Part shown: piece by piece, positions 22,096-30,967 of the stretch
Layout of the letters: each line of letters starts with the position of its first letter
Numbering within the stretch: position 1 is the first letter of the stretch
Notes under the pieces: generated by a model
What the model was told of the DNA's origin: nothing
The model's database searches: none
Seen by the model: only the letters and a program-made list of their open reading frames with translations
Made by a program: the position numbers and the translations under genes
Source: Candidatus Magasanikiibacteriota bacterium
Lineage (GTDB): Bacteria; Patescibacteriota; Patescibacteriia; Magasanikbacterales; UBA10003
NCBI GenBank assembly: GCA_016214465.1
Contig: JACROI010000032.1
Coordinates: 1-53,515, forward strand
Direction of reading: 5' to 3'
DNA length: 53,515 nt

Positions 22096-23040
22096 ATGGA
22101 TTTAGGAGAGGCAGTCAAAAAGACCTTGGCATTTTTTGAGCTTTTTAAGCATCCTCTGACCAGTTTTGAATTACACAAGTTGCTTTATTGCGAAAAAAAA
22201 ATTGATCTGTCGGAAATTGTTTTACAAGTGAAGCAAGCGGGAATTCAAGAAGCCAACGGCTTCTTTTTTTTATCTTCCGGTTCATCGGATTTACATTTAG
22301 AGCGTCAAGATCGCGCCATTAGCAATGATAGAAAATTTGTTTTGGCTCGCCGCGCGGCTCGGCTGATCAGTTGGGTGCCGTTTGTGCGGTTAGTCGCTGT
22401 TTGCAACACTTTAAGTTTTGAAGCGGCGGATAAGGGCAGTGATATTGATTTTTTTATTATTACCCGTTCTTGCCGGATTTGGCTTGCTAGATTTTTGGTG
22501 TCGGCAATTTTGTCAATTTTTAATTTACGTCGGCGCGGTTACGATGTTACTGACAAAATTTGTTTGAGTTTTTTTATCAGTGATGATGATTTAGATTTGA
22601 GAAAAATAGCTTTACCAATTGACGCTCAAGGCAATCCGGATATTTATTTGGTTTATTGGATTTCCAATCTGATTCCTTTGACAAACAGAGGAAAAACTTT
22701 GGAGAAATTTTGGCAAGCCAACGATTGGGCGTTCGCGTATTTGGCTGATTTTGATTGGCAAGAAAAAATCAAAAATTTGCGTGAAATAAACATTTGGCGC
22801 GGGTTGAATTGGACACAGGATTGTTTGGAGCGTAATTTGGGTAATTATTTTGGCGATTGTCTGGAAAAGTTTTTAAAAAAAATTCAATTATTTAAAATCC
22901 TTCGCCACCAACAAAGCCGGTATTTTGAACAAGGCACGGCCGTGGTGGTGAATGATAAAATGTTGAAATTTCACGAAGAAGATCGGCGTGAATTTTTTAG
23001 AAATAAATGGAGAGAAATATGCGTTGGATTGAATATCTGA
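22096..23040 (+). CDS. Hypothetical protein, possible Pol-beta-type nucleotidyltransferase fold
   Basis: The motif GSDIDFFIIT (G-S ... D-x-D) is present. No other recognisable signature was found. Confidence 0.4.
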   Translation: MDLGEAVKKTLAFFELFKHPLTSFELHKLLYCEKKIDLSEIVLQVKQAGIQEANGFFFLSSGSSDLHLERQDRAISNDRKFVLARRAARLISWVPFVRLVAVCNTLSFEAADKGSDIDFFIITRSCRIWLARFLVSAILSIFNLRRRGYDVTDKICLSFFISDDDLDLRKIALPIDAQGNPDIYLVYWISNLIPLTNRGKTLEKFWQANDWAFAYLADFDWQEKIKNLREINIWRGLNWTQDCLERNLGNYFGDCLEKFLKKIQLFKILRHQQSRYFEQGTAVVVNDKMLKFHEEDRREFFRNKWREICVGLNI

Positions 23041-24326
23041 TTTATTTTTTTCTTTTTCTTTTGCCGTGGCAGACGCGAATGATTTTGCGCTCGGGAGTTT
23101 TGAATAATGGTAATTGGGAATACGGAATTGTTGGGATTTACGCTACGGAGATTTTGTTGTGGTTTTTGGTATTGCTAAATATCAAACGATTGATATCGGC
23201 CAAAAAAATTTTATTAGGCCTGTTGATTTTCGTCTTTCTTTCTATTTTTTTTACTGCCGACCGCCTTATCGCGTTTCAACAATTCATCCACATTTTTGAA
23301 GCCATTGCCATTTTTATATTCTTAACTAAATTACCGATTGATCGACTAAAAGCCGCTTATGCGTTTTTGGCCGGGCTGGCTTTGCAAGCAATTTTAGGAA
23401 TTTATCAATTTTTAACTCAATCTACTTTTGTCTCGCAATGGCTTGGCCTGACTTTGCACGACCCCGCTTTCAGCGGCGCATCGGTTTTAGAAAATTTAGA
23501 CGGCCGTTGGTTGCGGGCGTATGCAGGTTTGCCTCATCCAAATATCTTTGGCGGATATATGGCCGTAGGCATTTTGTTGATTGCTGTTTTGCTGGCTTGT
23601 CATTTGATTGGCAAGCCAGCGCGGATCCTTTTGTTGGTTACAAATTGTTTTTTATTGATTGGATTATTTTTTTCTTTTTCTCGTTCGGCTTGGCTCGGTT
23701 TGATTATTAGTTTGGCATTTTTTTGGTTTTTTAATCGACGTCGGTTAATTCCAAATGGGAGTTGGCAATTATTTTTTTTATCCGGCGCCGTTCCACTTGC
23801 TATTCTTTCTTTGTTATACACTCCGTTATTGACAAATCGAATTTCAAGCCAAGGTCGACTGGAAACGAAAGCAATAGAAGAGAGAGTTGTTGGATATGAT
23901 GAGGCCCGGCAATTATTTATCAAATATCCATTTTTTGGAGTTGGATTAGGAAATTATACTTTAGCAATACATGATAAAATAGATCAGTCGCTGCCAGCCT
24001 GGGGTTACCAACCGGCGCATAATGTTTTTTTGTTGATATTTGCGGAATTGGGCATTATTGGGGTTTTGGTTATTTTGTTGTTTTTTTATTATCAAGTGAG
24101 CGAGCGAAGAGCAAATTCGTTTGCTCTTCCGAGCGAGCGCAGATATCAAAGGGTCAATACCCTTTATTTTAGTGGCTGGCGTTTTAATCGTGATTTGTTA
24201 CCGATATTTGTATTATTTTTTCTTTTGGCTATTTTTGATCATTATCTTTGGACTCTTTACAGTGGATTGATATTAGTCGGAGTTGGCGTTGGGCTATTGA
24301 CGATAATGGCAAAAGATGATAAATAG
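23019..24326 (+). CDS. O-antigen ligase (Wzy_C) family polytopic membrane protein
   Basis: About 10-12 TM segments are present, with the loop motif FSFSRSAWLGLIISL and a later AHNVFLLIFAELG. The start could be 23007 or 23019. Confidence 0.7.
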   Translation: MRWIEYLIYFFLFLLPWQTRMILRSGVLNNGNWEYGIVGIYATEILLWFLVLLNIKRLISAKKILLGLLIFVFLSIFFTADRLIAFQQFIHIFEAIAIFIFLTKLPIDRLKAAYAFLAGLALQAILGIYQFLTQSTFVSQWLGLTLHDPAFSGASVLENLDGRWLRAYAGLPHPNIFGGYMAVGILLIAVLLACHLIGKPARILLLVTNCFLLIGLFFSFSRSAWLGLIISLAFFWFFNRRRLIPNGSWQLFFLSGAVPLAILSLLYTPLLTNRISSQGRLETKAIEERVVGYDEARQLFIKYPFFGVGLGNYTLAIHDKIDQSLPAWGYQPAHNVFLLIFAELGIIGVLVILLFFYYQVSERRANSFALPSERRYQRVNTLYFSGWRFNRDLLPIFVLFFLLAIFDHYLWTLYSGLILVGVGVGLLTIMAKDDK

Positions 24327-24327
24327 T

Positions 24328-24365
24328 TTGACATTATTTACGACGAAGTCATATAATATGTAGTA
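24328..24365 (+). promoter_or_regulatory. Promoter TTGACA-18-TATAAT with candidate BlaI-family operator TATGTAGTA at the -10/+1 junction
   Basis: ttgaca (24328-24333) and tataat (24352-24357). The 9-mer tatgtagta (24357-24365) recurs in the same position relative to the -10 at 25840-25848. Confidence 0.5.
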
Positions 24366-24373
24366 TTAACGCT

Positions 24374-24757
24374 ATGACTTTTTTAAAACAGCCCTTTTTC
24401 GGCGGCTTAGAAGCCGCGGTAATGGAGACAATTTGGGATTTGCGCGAAGCCGCCGTCAGAGATGTCTTGAAAAAAATAGGAAAAAAGAAAAAATTGGCCT
24501 ATACCACCGTGATGACGGTAATGAGCCGTCTTTTTGCCAAGGGTTTTTTAAAACGCAAACTGGACCAAAAAGGCGCTTATCTTTATACTCCCTGTCAAAA
24601 TAAAGAATCATTTTTGGCTTCTGCTTCCAAAAAGGTCGTTAATGATTTACTCAAAGAATATGGAGATATGGCTGTTGCTCAATTTATTGATGCAGTGGAG
24701 AGCGGCAATTTGAAAAAAACAGCTCAATGGAAGGAAAAGCTTAAAAAAATTAAATAA
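24374..24757 (+). CDS. BlaI/MecI/CopY-family winged-helix transcriptional repressor
   Basis: LEAAVMETIWDLREAAVRDVLKKIGKKKKLAYTTVMTVMSRLFAKGFLKRK is the family signature. Confidence 0.85.
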   Translation: MTFLKQPFFGGLEAAVMETIWDLREAAVRDVLKKIGKKKKLAYTTVMTVMSRLFAKGFLKRKLDQKGAYLYTPCQNKESFLASASKKVVNDLLKEYGDMAVAQFIDAVESGNLKKTAQWKEKLKKIK

Positions 24758-24758
24758 T

Positions 24759-25805
24759 ATGAGGTCAATGTCGCGGTCGGTTAATCTGATTTTTTTCCAA
24801 GTTCTTGGCGCGGGCTTGGCAGTTTTGGCAATAATATCTTTTTTGGCCATTAAATTTTATCCGATTTTTTCAACGCTTTGGAGTGGTTTAGCGCAACAAT
24901 TGACAATGATTTGCGGTTGCGCCAATCATTGGCATTTTGCCAATCACCCGATTATTTTTTCTTTTTTTATCGGCGTTGGTTTAATAGCTACGGTTTTATT
25001 TTGCTTTGTTTTGTTTAAAACCGGCAAAATGATTTGGCAAACGCGTCGGTTTGTGAAAGATAATTTGAAAAAAAAGAAAAGAGGATTTTCATTTAAATTA
25101 TCCAGAATTGTGCGGCAAGTCGGTTTGGCAGGGCAAATTACGGAGATTAAAAAAGACCAGCCAATTGTTTTTTGCCACGGGTTTTTTCAACCGCGGATTT
25201 GCGTTTCTGCTGGACTGGTCAATCGTTTGAGCGAAACGGAATTGCGCGCTGTGCTGTTGCATGAAAAATACCATCTGTTGTCACGCGAGCCGATTAAAAC
25301 TTTGGTTGTCAAAATTTTGGCTGCGTTTTTTTTCTTTTTGCCGGGATTCAGCTCTTTAGCGAAAAAATATCTGGCTTATGCCGAGCTGGCGGCCGATGAA
25401 CACGCCACTGTTGGTTTTCGAGAGAAAATGCCTTTGGCGCGAGCCCTTTACAAAACAATCAAATGTCGAGAGTTAATGGCTATCAAACAGCAATTAGCTT
25501 TATCTTTTTTCAGCCAAGTGACCGAAGAGAGAATAAACAAGTTGGCTGACAGCGCTTATATTCCAAAAATAAAAGTTTTAAATTGGAAAATGATTTTTAG
25601 TTCCGCGGTTTTTGTTTTAGTTATATTTTCTTTTTGGTCTGTTTTAAATTCACCAATGTTGGCGCTGGCGGAAAAGGAAACAAGTATCTGCCTAGCAACT
25701 CCGGTTGCCGGTTCGCATCATCGTGAACAATGTGTTTTAGAAATGCCGAATAATTCTTGTTTGATTCCCAATTATTCTTTGTCGGCGAATGATAGCTGTG
25801 GATAA
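24759..25805 (+). CDS. BlaR1/MecR1-like M56 peptidase signal transducer lacking a penicillin-binding sensor domain
   Basis: TM segments are present with the zinc motif LLHEKYHLLSREP (HExxH) and EL(A)ADEHA downstream. The C-terminal extracytoplasmic tail is Cys/His-rich (SICLATPVAGSHHREQCVLEMPNNSCLIPNYSLSANDSCG). Confidence 0.8.
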   Translation: MRSMSRSVNLIFFQVLGAGLAVLAIISFLAIKFYPIFSTLWSGLAQQLTMICGCANHWHFANHPIIFSFFIGVGLIATVLFCFVLFKTGKMIWQTRRFVKDNLKKKKRGFSFKLSRIVRQVGLAGQITEIKKDQPIVFCHGFFQPRICVSAGLVNRLSETELRAVLLHEKYHLLSREPIKTLVVKILAAFFFFLPGFSSLAKKYLAYAELAADEHATVGFREKMPLARALYKTIKCRELMAIKQQLALSFFSQVTEERINKLADSAYIPKIKVLNWKMIFSSAVFVLVIFSFWSVLNSPMLALAEKETSICLATPVAGSHHREQCVLEMPNNSCLIPNYSLSANDSCG

Positions 25806-25811
25806 CTTTAT

Positions 25812-25848
25812 TTGACATAATTTTTTTGTTCTACTATACTATGTAGTA
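25812..25848 (+). promoter_or_regulatory. Promoter TTGACA-17-TATACT with second copy of candidate operator TATGTAGTA
   Basis: ttgaca (25812-25817), tatact (25835-25840) and tatgtagta (25840-25848). It is embedded in the inverted repeat ctacta-N7-tagtag (25831-25849). Confidence 0.5.
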
Positions 25849-25869
25849 GGATAACAGATTATTTTTAAT

Positions 25870-26619
25870 ATGCTGGATTTACGCCAGGAAAAATCTTTAT
25901 TTTTCTTTTTAAATTTGGGCCTCATAGTTTTGATTTTAGGTTTGTTCGGCGTTAATCAGATTGTCATGGCAAAAACTATGAATGCCATGGGAATGAAAAA
26001 TAATAGCATGTTTAATTTATCCTCTTTTGATAAATCTTTGAATAAAGATGGCACTGTTGATTTGACCGGCGACATTGGAAAAGATGCAGTTTCTTTAGCG
26101 CTTTTTTCCGGCCAACCAAAAATTTACGGCGCGGAACTGAACATTGCTTTTGATCGGGCGGCCGCGGCTATGAATGCGATGAAAGTTTTTGATCCGACTT
26201 ACGGCAGTCAGAAAATCACTTTATCCGGCGCTGATTTACAGCGATATACTGATGTTGGTTTGCGAATTGCCTGCGAATTTTGTTGCGGCGCCAAAGCGCT
26301 TATTGACAAAAATGGCCAGGCGGCTTGCGGTTGCGCTCATTCGCAAGCCATGCGCGGTTTGGCGGCCTATCTGATTCAAAAGCACGGCGCCGAGTATACC
26401 AATGATGAAATTTTGCGCGAGTTGGCGCGTTGGAAAGGAAGGTATTTTCCAAAACAAATGATTAAAAAAATATCTGAACAATTGCAAAGCGGGCAGTACA
26501 CGCCGGATATCGCGGCTTTGGTGCTGAATTTGAAACTTCCCAAATACAGCGCTTCCAACGTCGGTGCCCCACTACCTTCGGAAATAAAAGATCTGCCAAG
26601 TATGGTTGGCGGATGCTGA
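25870..26619 (+). CDS. N-terminally anchored Cys-cluster protein (CEFCCG...CGCAHS) ending in LPSMVGGC
   Basis: An N-terminal TM is present. The Cys cluster IACEFCCGAKALIDKNGQAACGCAHSQ is reminiscent of PCYCGC-motif proteins (low confidence). The extreme C-terminus is ...EIKDLPSMVGGC. Confidence 0.65.
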   Translation: MLDLRQEKSLFFFLNLGLIVLILGLFGVNQIVMAKTMNAMGMKNNSMFNLSSFDKSLNKDGTVDLTGDIGKDAVSLALFSGQPKIYGAELNIAFDRAAAAMNAMKVFDPTYGSQKITLSGADLQRYTDVGLRIACEFCCGAKALIDKNGQAACGCAHSQAMRGLAAYLIQKHGAEYTNDEILRELARWKGRYFPKQMIKKISEQLQSGQYTPDIAALVLNLKLPKYSASNVGAPLPSEIKDLPSMVGGC

Positions 26620-26644
26620 CATAATAAATTTTAATTTAATCTTT

Positions 26645-26959
26645 ATGGATATTCAACACAACGAACACGCTGCGCCTGAACATACGTCGGAAACGCCAAT
26701 TACGCCGGCGCCGAGCGATTTGGAAATTTTGAAAACACAGATATTGGCCGAATTACAGCCGCAAAAGACCAATCGAGTTCCTCTGGCTTGGGGTAGTTTG
26801 TTGGTTACCATTGTTTTGAGTATTTTGGCTGTGGTTTCCATTGTTCAAGCAGTGCAATCAGCGCAGATTTTAAGCAAAGTTAAAAGCGGTAATTTTGGCG
26901 CTGCTTCCGCTCCGGCGTCTAATTTGGAAAATTTGCCCAATATGGTGGGCGGCTGTTAA
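26645..26959 (+). CDS. Small single-TM protein ending in LPNMVGGC
   Basis: The ATG at 26645 is preferred over the overlapping alternative start at 26606. There is one TM (LAWGSLLVTIVLSILAVVSIV). The C-terminus is ...NLENLPNMVGGC. Confidence 0.6.
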   Translation: MDIQHNEHAAPEHTSETPITPAPSDLEILKTQILAELQPQKTNRVPLAWGSLLVTIVLSILAVVSIVQAVQSAQILSKVKSGNFGAASAPASNLENLPNMVGGC

Positions 26960-26962
26960 AAT

Positions 26963-27784
26963 ATGGTGGATTCATTTAAGAAAATTAATCTTAATTTTTG
27001 GCTTTTTGCTACGTTGGCCATTGTCATTTTAGCGAGTTTAATTATTGTTTCAATTAATTTTTTGCGCGTCAATTTGACTCTGAACGGAAAAATCGCTTTG
27101 GCTGAAGAAATAAAACGTCCGGCCGAAGTGGAGGCGATAATTGTTAAAGAGTCATCTTGCGTGGAGTGCGTGGATGTCGCGCCGATTTTGGAAAAGATAA
27201 AACAAAATAATGTTAACATTAAATCAATCAAGACCGTGGAGCGAATGAGCGAGGAGGGTGACGGTTTGATTAAAAAATATAGTTTGGAGAAAATTCCTTC
27301 CTTTATTTTGACCGGTGAAATAGACAAGGGCGAATTTTTGAAAAAAATACTACCGGCCTTGGGTGAAATCAAAGATAATGCTTTTATTCTGAAAAATATC
27401 GGCGGCCCGTTTGTGGCTGTGGCTGACGGCCAAATTAAGGGCAAGGCAAAATTGATTTTATTAACTGATTCAACTTGTCCGCAGTGTTATGACGCGGTTG
27501 TGCATCAAGCGATTGTCAAACAATTCGGCTTGAATCCGACAATAGAAACGGTTGACAGTCAATCCTTGGTCGGTAAAAAATTCATCAGCGCTTACAGAAT
27601 ACAATTATTGCCAACCATAATTATTCAGGGCGATTTGGGAGTTTATCCGCAGTTGAAAACCGTTTGGCCGCAGGTGGGCGATATTGCCAAAGACGGCGCT
27701 TATGTTTTTAGGCAAGGTGTCAAAGGCATGGGAGTTTATCATGATTTAGCCAGCAATAAAATAATTGAGCCGCAGAAAAAATAA
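26963..27784 (+). CDS. Membrane-anchored double thioredoxin-fold protein disulfide oxidoreductase-like protein (two CxxC)
   Basis: An N-terminal TM is followed by CVEC (ESSCVECVDVAPILEKIK) and CPQC (TDSTCPQCYDAVVHQ) in two similar halves. This arrangement resembles two-domain glutaredoxin-like PDOs. Confidence 0.65.
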   Translation: MVDSFKKINLNFWLFATLAIVILASLIIVSINFLRVNLTLNGKIALAEEIKRPAEVEAIIVKESSCVECVDVAPILEKIKQNNVNIKSIKTVERMSEEGDGLIKKYSLEKIPSFILTGEIDKGEFLKKILPALGEIKDNAFILKNIGGPFVAVADGQIKGKAKLILLTDSTCPQCYDAVVHQAIVKQFGLNPTIETVDSQSLVGKKFISAYRIQLLPTIIIQGDLGVYPQLKTVWPQVGDIAKDGAYVFRQGVKGMGVYHDLASNKIIEPQKK

Positions 27785-27789
27785 TTTTT

Positions 27790-28623
27790 ATGGATAAACA
27801 GACAAAAATTGTTTTAGTTATTATTGTTATTTTGGTCATCGGCGGCATTGCCGCGGCCGTAATGGCGACGGTTAAAGAAAAAGGACAGAACGGTGTGCCA
27901 AAATTGGTTTTGGAAATGAATAGTTTTGATTTTGGCGATGTAGCCATGGCTGACGGCAAAATTACAAAAAATGTGAAAATTAAAAATGACGGCAATGGCG
28001 ATTTAAAAATTTCTAAAATTATCACTTCTTGCATGTGCACCGAGGCGTTTTTGGAAGTCGACGGTAGAAAGAGCCCTGCTTTTGGCATGCCCGGGCATGG
28101 CAACGGCCCTCTGTTTTGGTCGGAAATTATCAAGCCCGGTGAAGAAGGCAATTTGGAAATTGTTTTTGACCCTAACGCTCATGGGCCTGACGCGGTCGGG
28201 CCAATTACGAGAAATGTCATCATCACCAGCAATGACGGCGGAGAGAGCGGTTCAACCAAGACGATTACTTTTGACGGCAATGTTGTCAAAGGCGAGGTGA
28301 AAAAGACCGAGCCGGTGAACGTGGACGCGGAAATTTTATCCGTTTCGCAAAGCGGCGTGGAGGTGCGGGTGGCGAAGGTGACAAAACAAGGCGGTAAAAC
28401 AATCGTGGAGTTCACCGCTGACAACCATGCTGTTGATTTATCAACTTTTGATGTTAAAAACCAATCAAGTTTAGCCGGACAACCGGCTAGCAATTATGTG
28501 ATTAAAGATGGTGGCGGAGGCGGGCATCATTTGTCTGCGGAATTGATTTTTAACAAGGAATTGTCAGGCGCGTTGATTATCGGATTTAATAAAAATTTGA
28601 TTTTTAATTTAGTGATTAAATAA
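27790..28623 (+). CDS. DUF1573-domain protein with C-terminal extension
   Basis: An N-terminal TM is followed by FDFGDVAMADGKITKNVKIKNDGNGDLKISKIITSCMCT, which is the DUF1573 signature. Confidence 0.7.
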   Translation: MDKQTKIVLVIIVILVIGGIAAAVMATVKEKGQNGVPKLVLEMNSFDFGDVAMADGKITKNVKIKNDGNGDLKISKIITSCMCTEAFLEVDGRKSPAFGMPGHGNGPLFWSEIIKPGEEGNLEIVFDPNAHGPDAVGPITRNVIITSNDGGESGSTKTITFDGNVVKGEVKKTEPVNVDAEILSVSQSGVEVRVAKVTKQGGKTIVEFTADNHAVDLSTFDVKNQSSLAGQPASNYVIKDGGGGGHHLSAELIFNKELSGALIIGFNKNLIFNLVIK

Positions 28624-29075
28624 TGAAAAATTATTCTCCCTTGGTTTGGGGTTTGGGCGGAGCCATTAGTATTGTCGTTATTTTTTATTTGGTACAGGCC
28701 TGGGGCATGCAAAGCTGGGTTGGGCCGCTGTATCAATTTCAATATAAATGGTATTTTATTGTGCCTTTAATTGTCGGTTTTGGCATTCAGGCCGGATTGT
28801 TTCGGGCTATTCACCTTAAAGCCAAGCGCGGAGGCGGCGGAACCATGGCGGCTTCCGGCGGCGTTTCCACCCTAGCCATGGCTGGTTGTTGTTTGCATAA
28901 TTTTGCCGCGTTGTTGCCGATTTTGGGAATTTCCGGTTTGGCTATTTTTGTTTCCACCTATCAGAGTTATATTTTTTTAGTAAGCATCGTTTTTGTGACC
29001 GGCGGAGTGATTTACATGGTTAGAAAATATCTAAAAATGGATTCGTGTTGCGGTCTTCCAAATAATGAAATATGA
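28623..29075 (+). CDS. Four-TM membrane protein with intramembrane and C-terminal vicinal cysteine pairs
   Basis: It carries AMAGCCLHNFAALLP inside a predicted helix and ...MDSCCGLPNNEI at the C-terminus. The start overlaps the upstream stop (taATGa). Confidence 0.55.
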   Translation: MKNYSPLVWGLGGAISIVVIFYLVQAWGMQSWVGPLYQFQYKWYFIVPLIVGFGIQAGLFRAIHLKAKRGGGGTMAASGGVSTLAMAGCCLHNFAALLPILGISGLAIFVSTYQSYIFLVSIVFVTGGVIYMVRKYLKMDSCCGLPNNEI

Positions 29076-29566
29076 AAAGAAACCTTTTTATCGGCCTTAT
29101 TGTCGTTATTGCAGCTTTGGTTGTTTTTTTAATAATTAAAGGAGTGTCTGAATTTGAGCCTTTGGGCGAAATCGTGCCAATCATGGGCAACAATCATATT
29201 CAAGTTAACGCACCGCACGAACCATACAATTCCAATCCGCCCACTTCCGGGCCACATGCCGAAGATGTTGATTGGGGAATTTATCAAGAAGAAATTCTTG
29301 ATGAAAATGTTATTCATAATTTAGAGCACGGCGGTGTTTGGATTACTTATCAAGATAAAAATAATCAGGAATTAGAAACTAAATTGGAAGAATTGGTGAA
29401 ACAATATAAATCCAAAGTTATTTTATCGCCGCGTTCGGCCAATGATAGTCCCGTCGCCGTTGTTTCCTGGGGACGGATTATGAAATTGAATGATTTTGAC
29501 GCGGAGAAAATAAATAGATTTATCAAGCAGTATAAAAATAAAGGGCCGGAATTTATTCCGGATTAA
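29072..29566 (+). CDS. DUF3105-domain protein (membrane-anchored)
   Basis: PPTSGPHAEDVDWGIYQEEILDENVIHNLEHGGVWITYQ matches the DUF3105 motif (PxSGxH ... HxLEHG). Confidence 0.7.
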   Translation: MKRNLFIGLIVVIAALVVFLIIKGVSEFEPLGEIVPIMGNNHIQVNAPHEPYNSNPPTSGPHAEDVDWGIYQEEILDENVIHNLEHGGVWITYQDKNNQELETKLEELVKQYKSKVILSPRSANDSPVAVVSWGRIMKLNDFDAEKINRFIKQYKNKGPEFIPD

Positions 29567-29568
29567 GT

Positions 29569-30009
29569 ATGTTTTATAAATGGCAGTTTTGGTTGATAGT
29601 CGCTTTGATTATTTTGGGCAGTTTAAGTGTTTATGGTTATTTTAAGGCGATCCCTCCGGTAATAGATAAAAATCAAGCGATTCCCAAAATTGAAATCACG
29701 CCGACTTTTTTTGATTTTGGCAAATTGGATTTTGGCAAAATTGCGGAGAAAATTTTTATCGTGAAAAACATTGGCCAACAAGTTCTGGAAATTAAAAGAG
29801 TAACCACTTCTTGCAGTTGCACCTCTGCTCAAGTCAGCAAAGAAACCATTAATCCTGGCGAAGAAGCGGAATTGCAAGTGCGCTATGACACGGCGGCCAT
29901 GGGTTCTGGTTCGCACGGCAAAGGCCAGCAAGACCGGATTATTTACATTAAAAGCAGCGACCCAACGCGTCCGCAAGTGGAAATAATCATCAGCTCTTTT
30001 GTCAAATAA
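29569..30009 (+). CDS. DUF1573-domain protein
   Basis: FDFGKLDFGKIAEKIFIVKNIGQQVLEIKRVTTSCSCTSAQV. Confidence 0.7.
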   Translation: MFYKWQFWLIVALIILGSLSVYGYFKAIPPVIDKNQAIPKIEITPTFFDFGKLDFGKIAEKIFIVKNIGQQVLEIKRVTTSCSCTSAQVSKETINPGEEAELQVRYDTAAMGSGSHGKGQQDRIIYIKSSDPTRPQVEIIISSFVK

Positions 30010-30015
30010 TTATTT

Positions 30016-30717
30016 ATGATACCATCTTTTATCACGCTTTCTCCAGCTACTGCCGTTCCTTTGATTGCTATTACAGGTTTTATTGACGGCATTCATCCAT
30101 GCGCCATTGCCATTTTGGTTTTTTTTATTGCTTTTTTGCTCACGCTTCAGCGTAGTTTTAAGAAAATTTTTGCTTTGGGAATGGTTTATGTTTTTGTTAT
30201 TTTTTTGACTTATTTGGCCATTGGCGTGGGTCTGCTTTCCGGCATAATGTTTTTTGGACAACATCATTTTTTTGCTAAGGTTGGTTCATGGCTGTTGATT
30301 TTGTTGGGTCTGTTTAATTTGCGCGATATTTTTTTGCCACAATTGAAATTAGGCATAAAATTGCCGCGCGTTTCCAATGATAAAATTCGCGAACTTTTAT
30401 CAACCGCCACTTTTCCTACAGTAGCAATTGCCGCTTTTTTAGTCGGACTTTGTTCCGTGCCTTGTTCAGGTGGAATTTACGCCGCCATCACCGCTCTTTT
30501 GGCCTCACAAACATCATTTTTTACAGGTTTCCTCTATTTACTGCTTTACAATTTTATGTTTGTGTTGCCGTTAATAATTATTTTGGCCATTTCCACCAAT
30601 CCTTACACTTTGGTTAAATTGGGCGATTGGCAACAAAGAAACAAAAAAAGCCAAAAAATTATTATGGGTGTTGCTATGATAATTTTAGGCGCTGGAATTT
30701 TAATTTTTATTGTTTAA
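30016..30717 (+). CDS. CcdA/DsbD-family thiol-disulfide transmembrane electron transporter
   Basis: Six TM segments are present, with one Cys in each half ([13 protein letters not shown] and [14 protein letters not shown]). Confidence 0.7.
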   Translation: MIPSFITLSPATAVPLIAITGFIDGIHPCAIAILVFFIAFLLTLQRSFKKIFALGMVYVFVIFLTYLAIGVGLLSGIMFFGQHHFFAKVGSWLLILLGLFNLRDIFLPQLKLGIKLPRVSNDKIRELLSTATFPTVAIAAFLVGLCSVPCSGGIYAAITALLASQTSFFTGFLYLLLYNFMFVLPLIIILAISTNPYTLVKLGDWQQRNKKSQKIIMGVAMIILGAGILIFIV

Positions 30718-30721
30718 AGAT

Positions 30722-30949
30722 ATGTATAATATGATAGGCTATGGCGCCGGCGCTTGGGGTGGCTGGATTTTTATGATTTTATTTTGGATTTTAGTGATTC
30801 TCGGCGTGGCGGCTTTAATCAAATGGCTTTCTGGCAATGCTTTGGGCGAGCGCAGAAATTCAGCTTTGGAAATTCTTCAGGAACGATTTGCCAAAGGCGA
30901 GATTGACCAGGCGGAATTCGTTGCCAAAACCAAGATTTTGAAAAAATAA
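30722..30949 (+). CDS. SHOCT-domain small membrane protein
   Basis: One or two TM segments are followed by [22 protein letters not shown] (SHOCT motif). Confidence 0.6.
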   Translation: MYNMIGYGAGAWGGWIFMILFWILVILGVAALIKWLSGNALGERRNSALEILQERFAKGEIDQAEFVAKTKILKK

Positions 30950-30967
30950 TAAAGATTCTGTGAAAGT

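Noticed and set aside
26584-26619. LPSMVGGC / LPNMVGGC read as a sortase LPXTG sorting signal
   Set aside because: The motif lacks the T-G core. It lies at the very C-terminus, with no following hydrophobic segment or positively charged tail. No sortase gene is seen in the window.
26606-26644. ORF-track start of the second MVGGC protein, overlapping the first
   Set aside because: It is a non-ATG start inside the upstream gene's terminal codons. The ATG at 26645 gives a sensible N-terminus and removes the overlap.
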